DNA from: Octopus sinensis | Taxonomy: Eukaryota | Reading direction: 5' to 3' | Length of the DNA: 35,899 bases | Assembly: GCF_006345805.1 (NCBI RefSeq) | Contig: NW_021831906.1 | Span: forward strand, 1-35,899 | Part shown: positions 34,805 to 35,899 of the stretch, piece by piece | Layout of the letters: every line of letters begins with the position of its first letter | Position numbering within the stretch: the stretch's first letter is position 1 | Translations under genes and position numbers: made by a program | The notes under the pieces: generated by a model | Database searches by the model: none | Seen by the model: the letters and a program-made list of their open reading frames with translations, nothing else | Told to the model about the DNA's origin: nothing

Positions 34805-34805
<1 letters not shown>
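34255..34805 (+). mobile_element. Element D, copy 3, full length
   Basis: Same two ends as 10562-11108; (AAT)n on both sides. Confidence 0.9.
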
Positions 34806-34856
<51 letters not shown>

Positions 34857-34979
34857 TAATAATCAGTAGCAGCAACAGCAGCAGCTGAATTAGCTGCATC
34901 ACAAAATTAGAAGTAGTGGTGGCGGTGTGGTGGACGTAGTAGTAGTAATAGTAGTAATAGTAGTAGTAGTCGTAGTCGT

Positions 34980-35018
<39 letters not shown>

Positions 35019-35019
35019 A

Positions 35020-35050
<31 letters not shown>

Positions 35051-35121
35051 CGTAGTAGTAGTGGCAGCAGCAACAGCAACAGTCGCGGCAGTAACTTAAG
35101 CCGAAACAGCAGCAGGGCAGT

Positions 35122-35152
<31 letters not shown>

Positions 35153-35206
35153 TGATAATGTTGTTTTAAGCAGTGATTCTTAATATATAGGAAGGAAATA
35201 ATAATG

Positions 35207-35251
<45 letters not shown>

Positions 35252-35295
35252 TAATAATAATAAAAACAACAACAACAACAACAACAACAATAAAA
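34806..35295. repeat. (AAT/GCA/GTA/AAC)n compound microsatellites
   Basis: Read directly. Confidence 0.9.
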
Positions 35296-35783
35296 GCATA
35301 GTAAAAGGCGAATCTATTGAGATATTACAGACAATACAAGACTAATTGACATTATTTATAATTTGCGCTAATACCACATATAGTTTGTCATGTGATATGG
35401 GGGGCATCATTTTGCGACTTAATTAAATGGGAATGGCGTTCCCAAGGCAACCATTTTTACGTCAATGTAAAGGCAGAAATTGTTGAAAGGAATCATCTCA
35501 ACAATGCCACCAAATCTTGTCTAAAACAATCACCAAGAACTTTTAAACTTTCAATAAATCAGTGTTTCCTATTTTGGCTCGGTTCCTCCCACCAGGAAGT
35601 CGACCAAGGGTTCACAGCACAGATCTTGTTCTTTAGAATATCAGAACCAAATGAATAACTTCACCGGAGGCCTTCCTTTCTACTTCTTCCATTTCCGAGC
35701 GTGCGTACATAGTATGTATGTATGTATGTATGTATGTATGTATGTATGCATATATATATATATATATTTCTTATATATATATT

Positions 35784-35836
<53 letters not shown>

Positions 35837-35837
35837 T

Positions 35838-35899
<62 letters not shown>

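Overview
AT-rich eukaryotic non-coding DNA, very dense in microsatellites and interspersed repeats. The repeat repertoire resembles what I recall from Octopus/coleoid cephalopod genomes; this is an inference, no database search was run. I find no intact protein-coding gene. Almost all ORFs in the track are translations of microsatellites. The only recognisable protein homology is in decayed transposable elements: an RTE-clade LINE 3' half (14890-15885), a CR1-clade LINE 3' part (16445-17961, plus a fragment near 33100), a DD37D/maT-like Tc1/mariner transposase 3' half (28762-29510) and mariner C-terminal fragments (12505-12775, 13603-13713). At least five tRNA-headed SINE families are present; the labels A, C, M, N and T are mine. 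The most interesting observations are: (1) a ~550-bp non-tRNA element (D) found three times, always inside (AAT)n tracts and in the same orientation; (2) minimal hammerhead-ribozyme motifs in Penelope-like termini; (3) recurrent fold-back hairpins centred on self-complementary microsatellites; (4) a SINE-LINE shared 3' end visible within the window; (5) SINE module sharing and head-to-tail SINE concatemers; (6) arrays of a constant motif separated by variable-length microsatellite linkers. I cannot support a new protein-based system; the candidate novelty is in mobile-element and RNA-structure biology.
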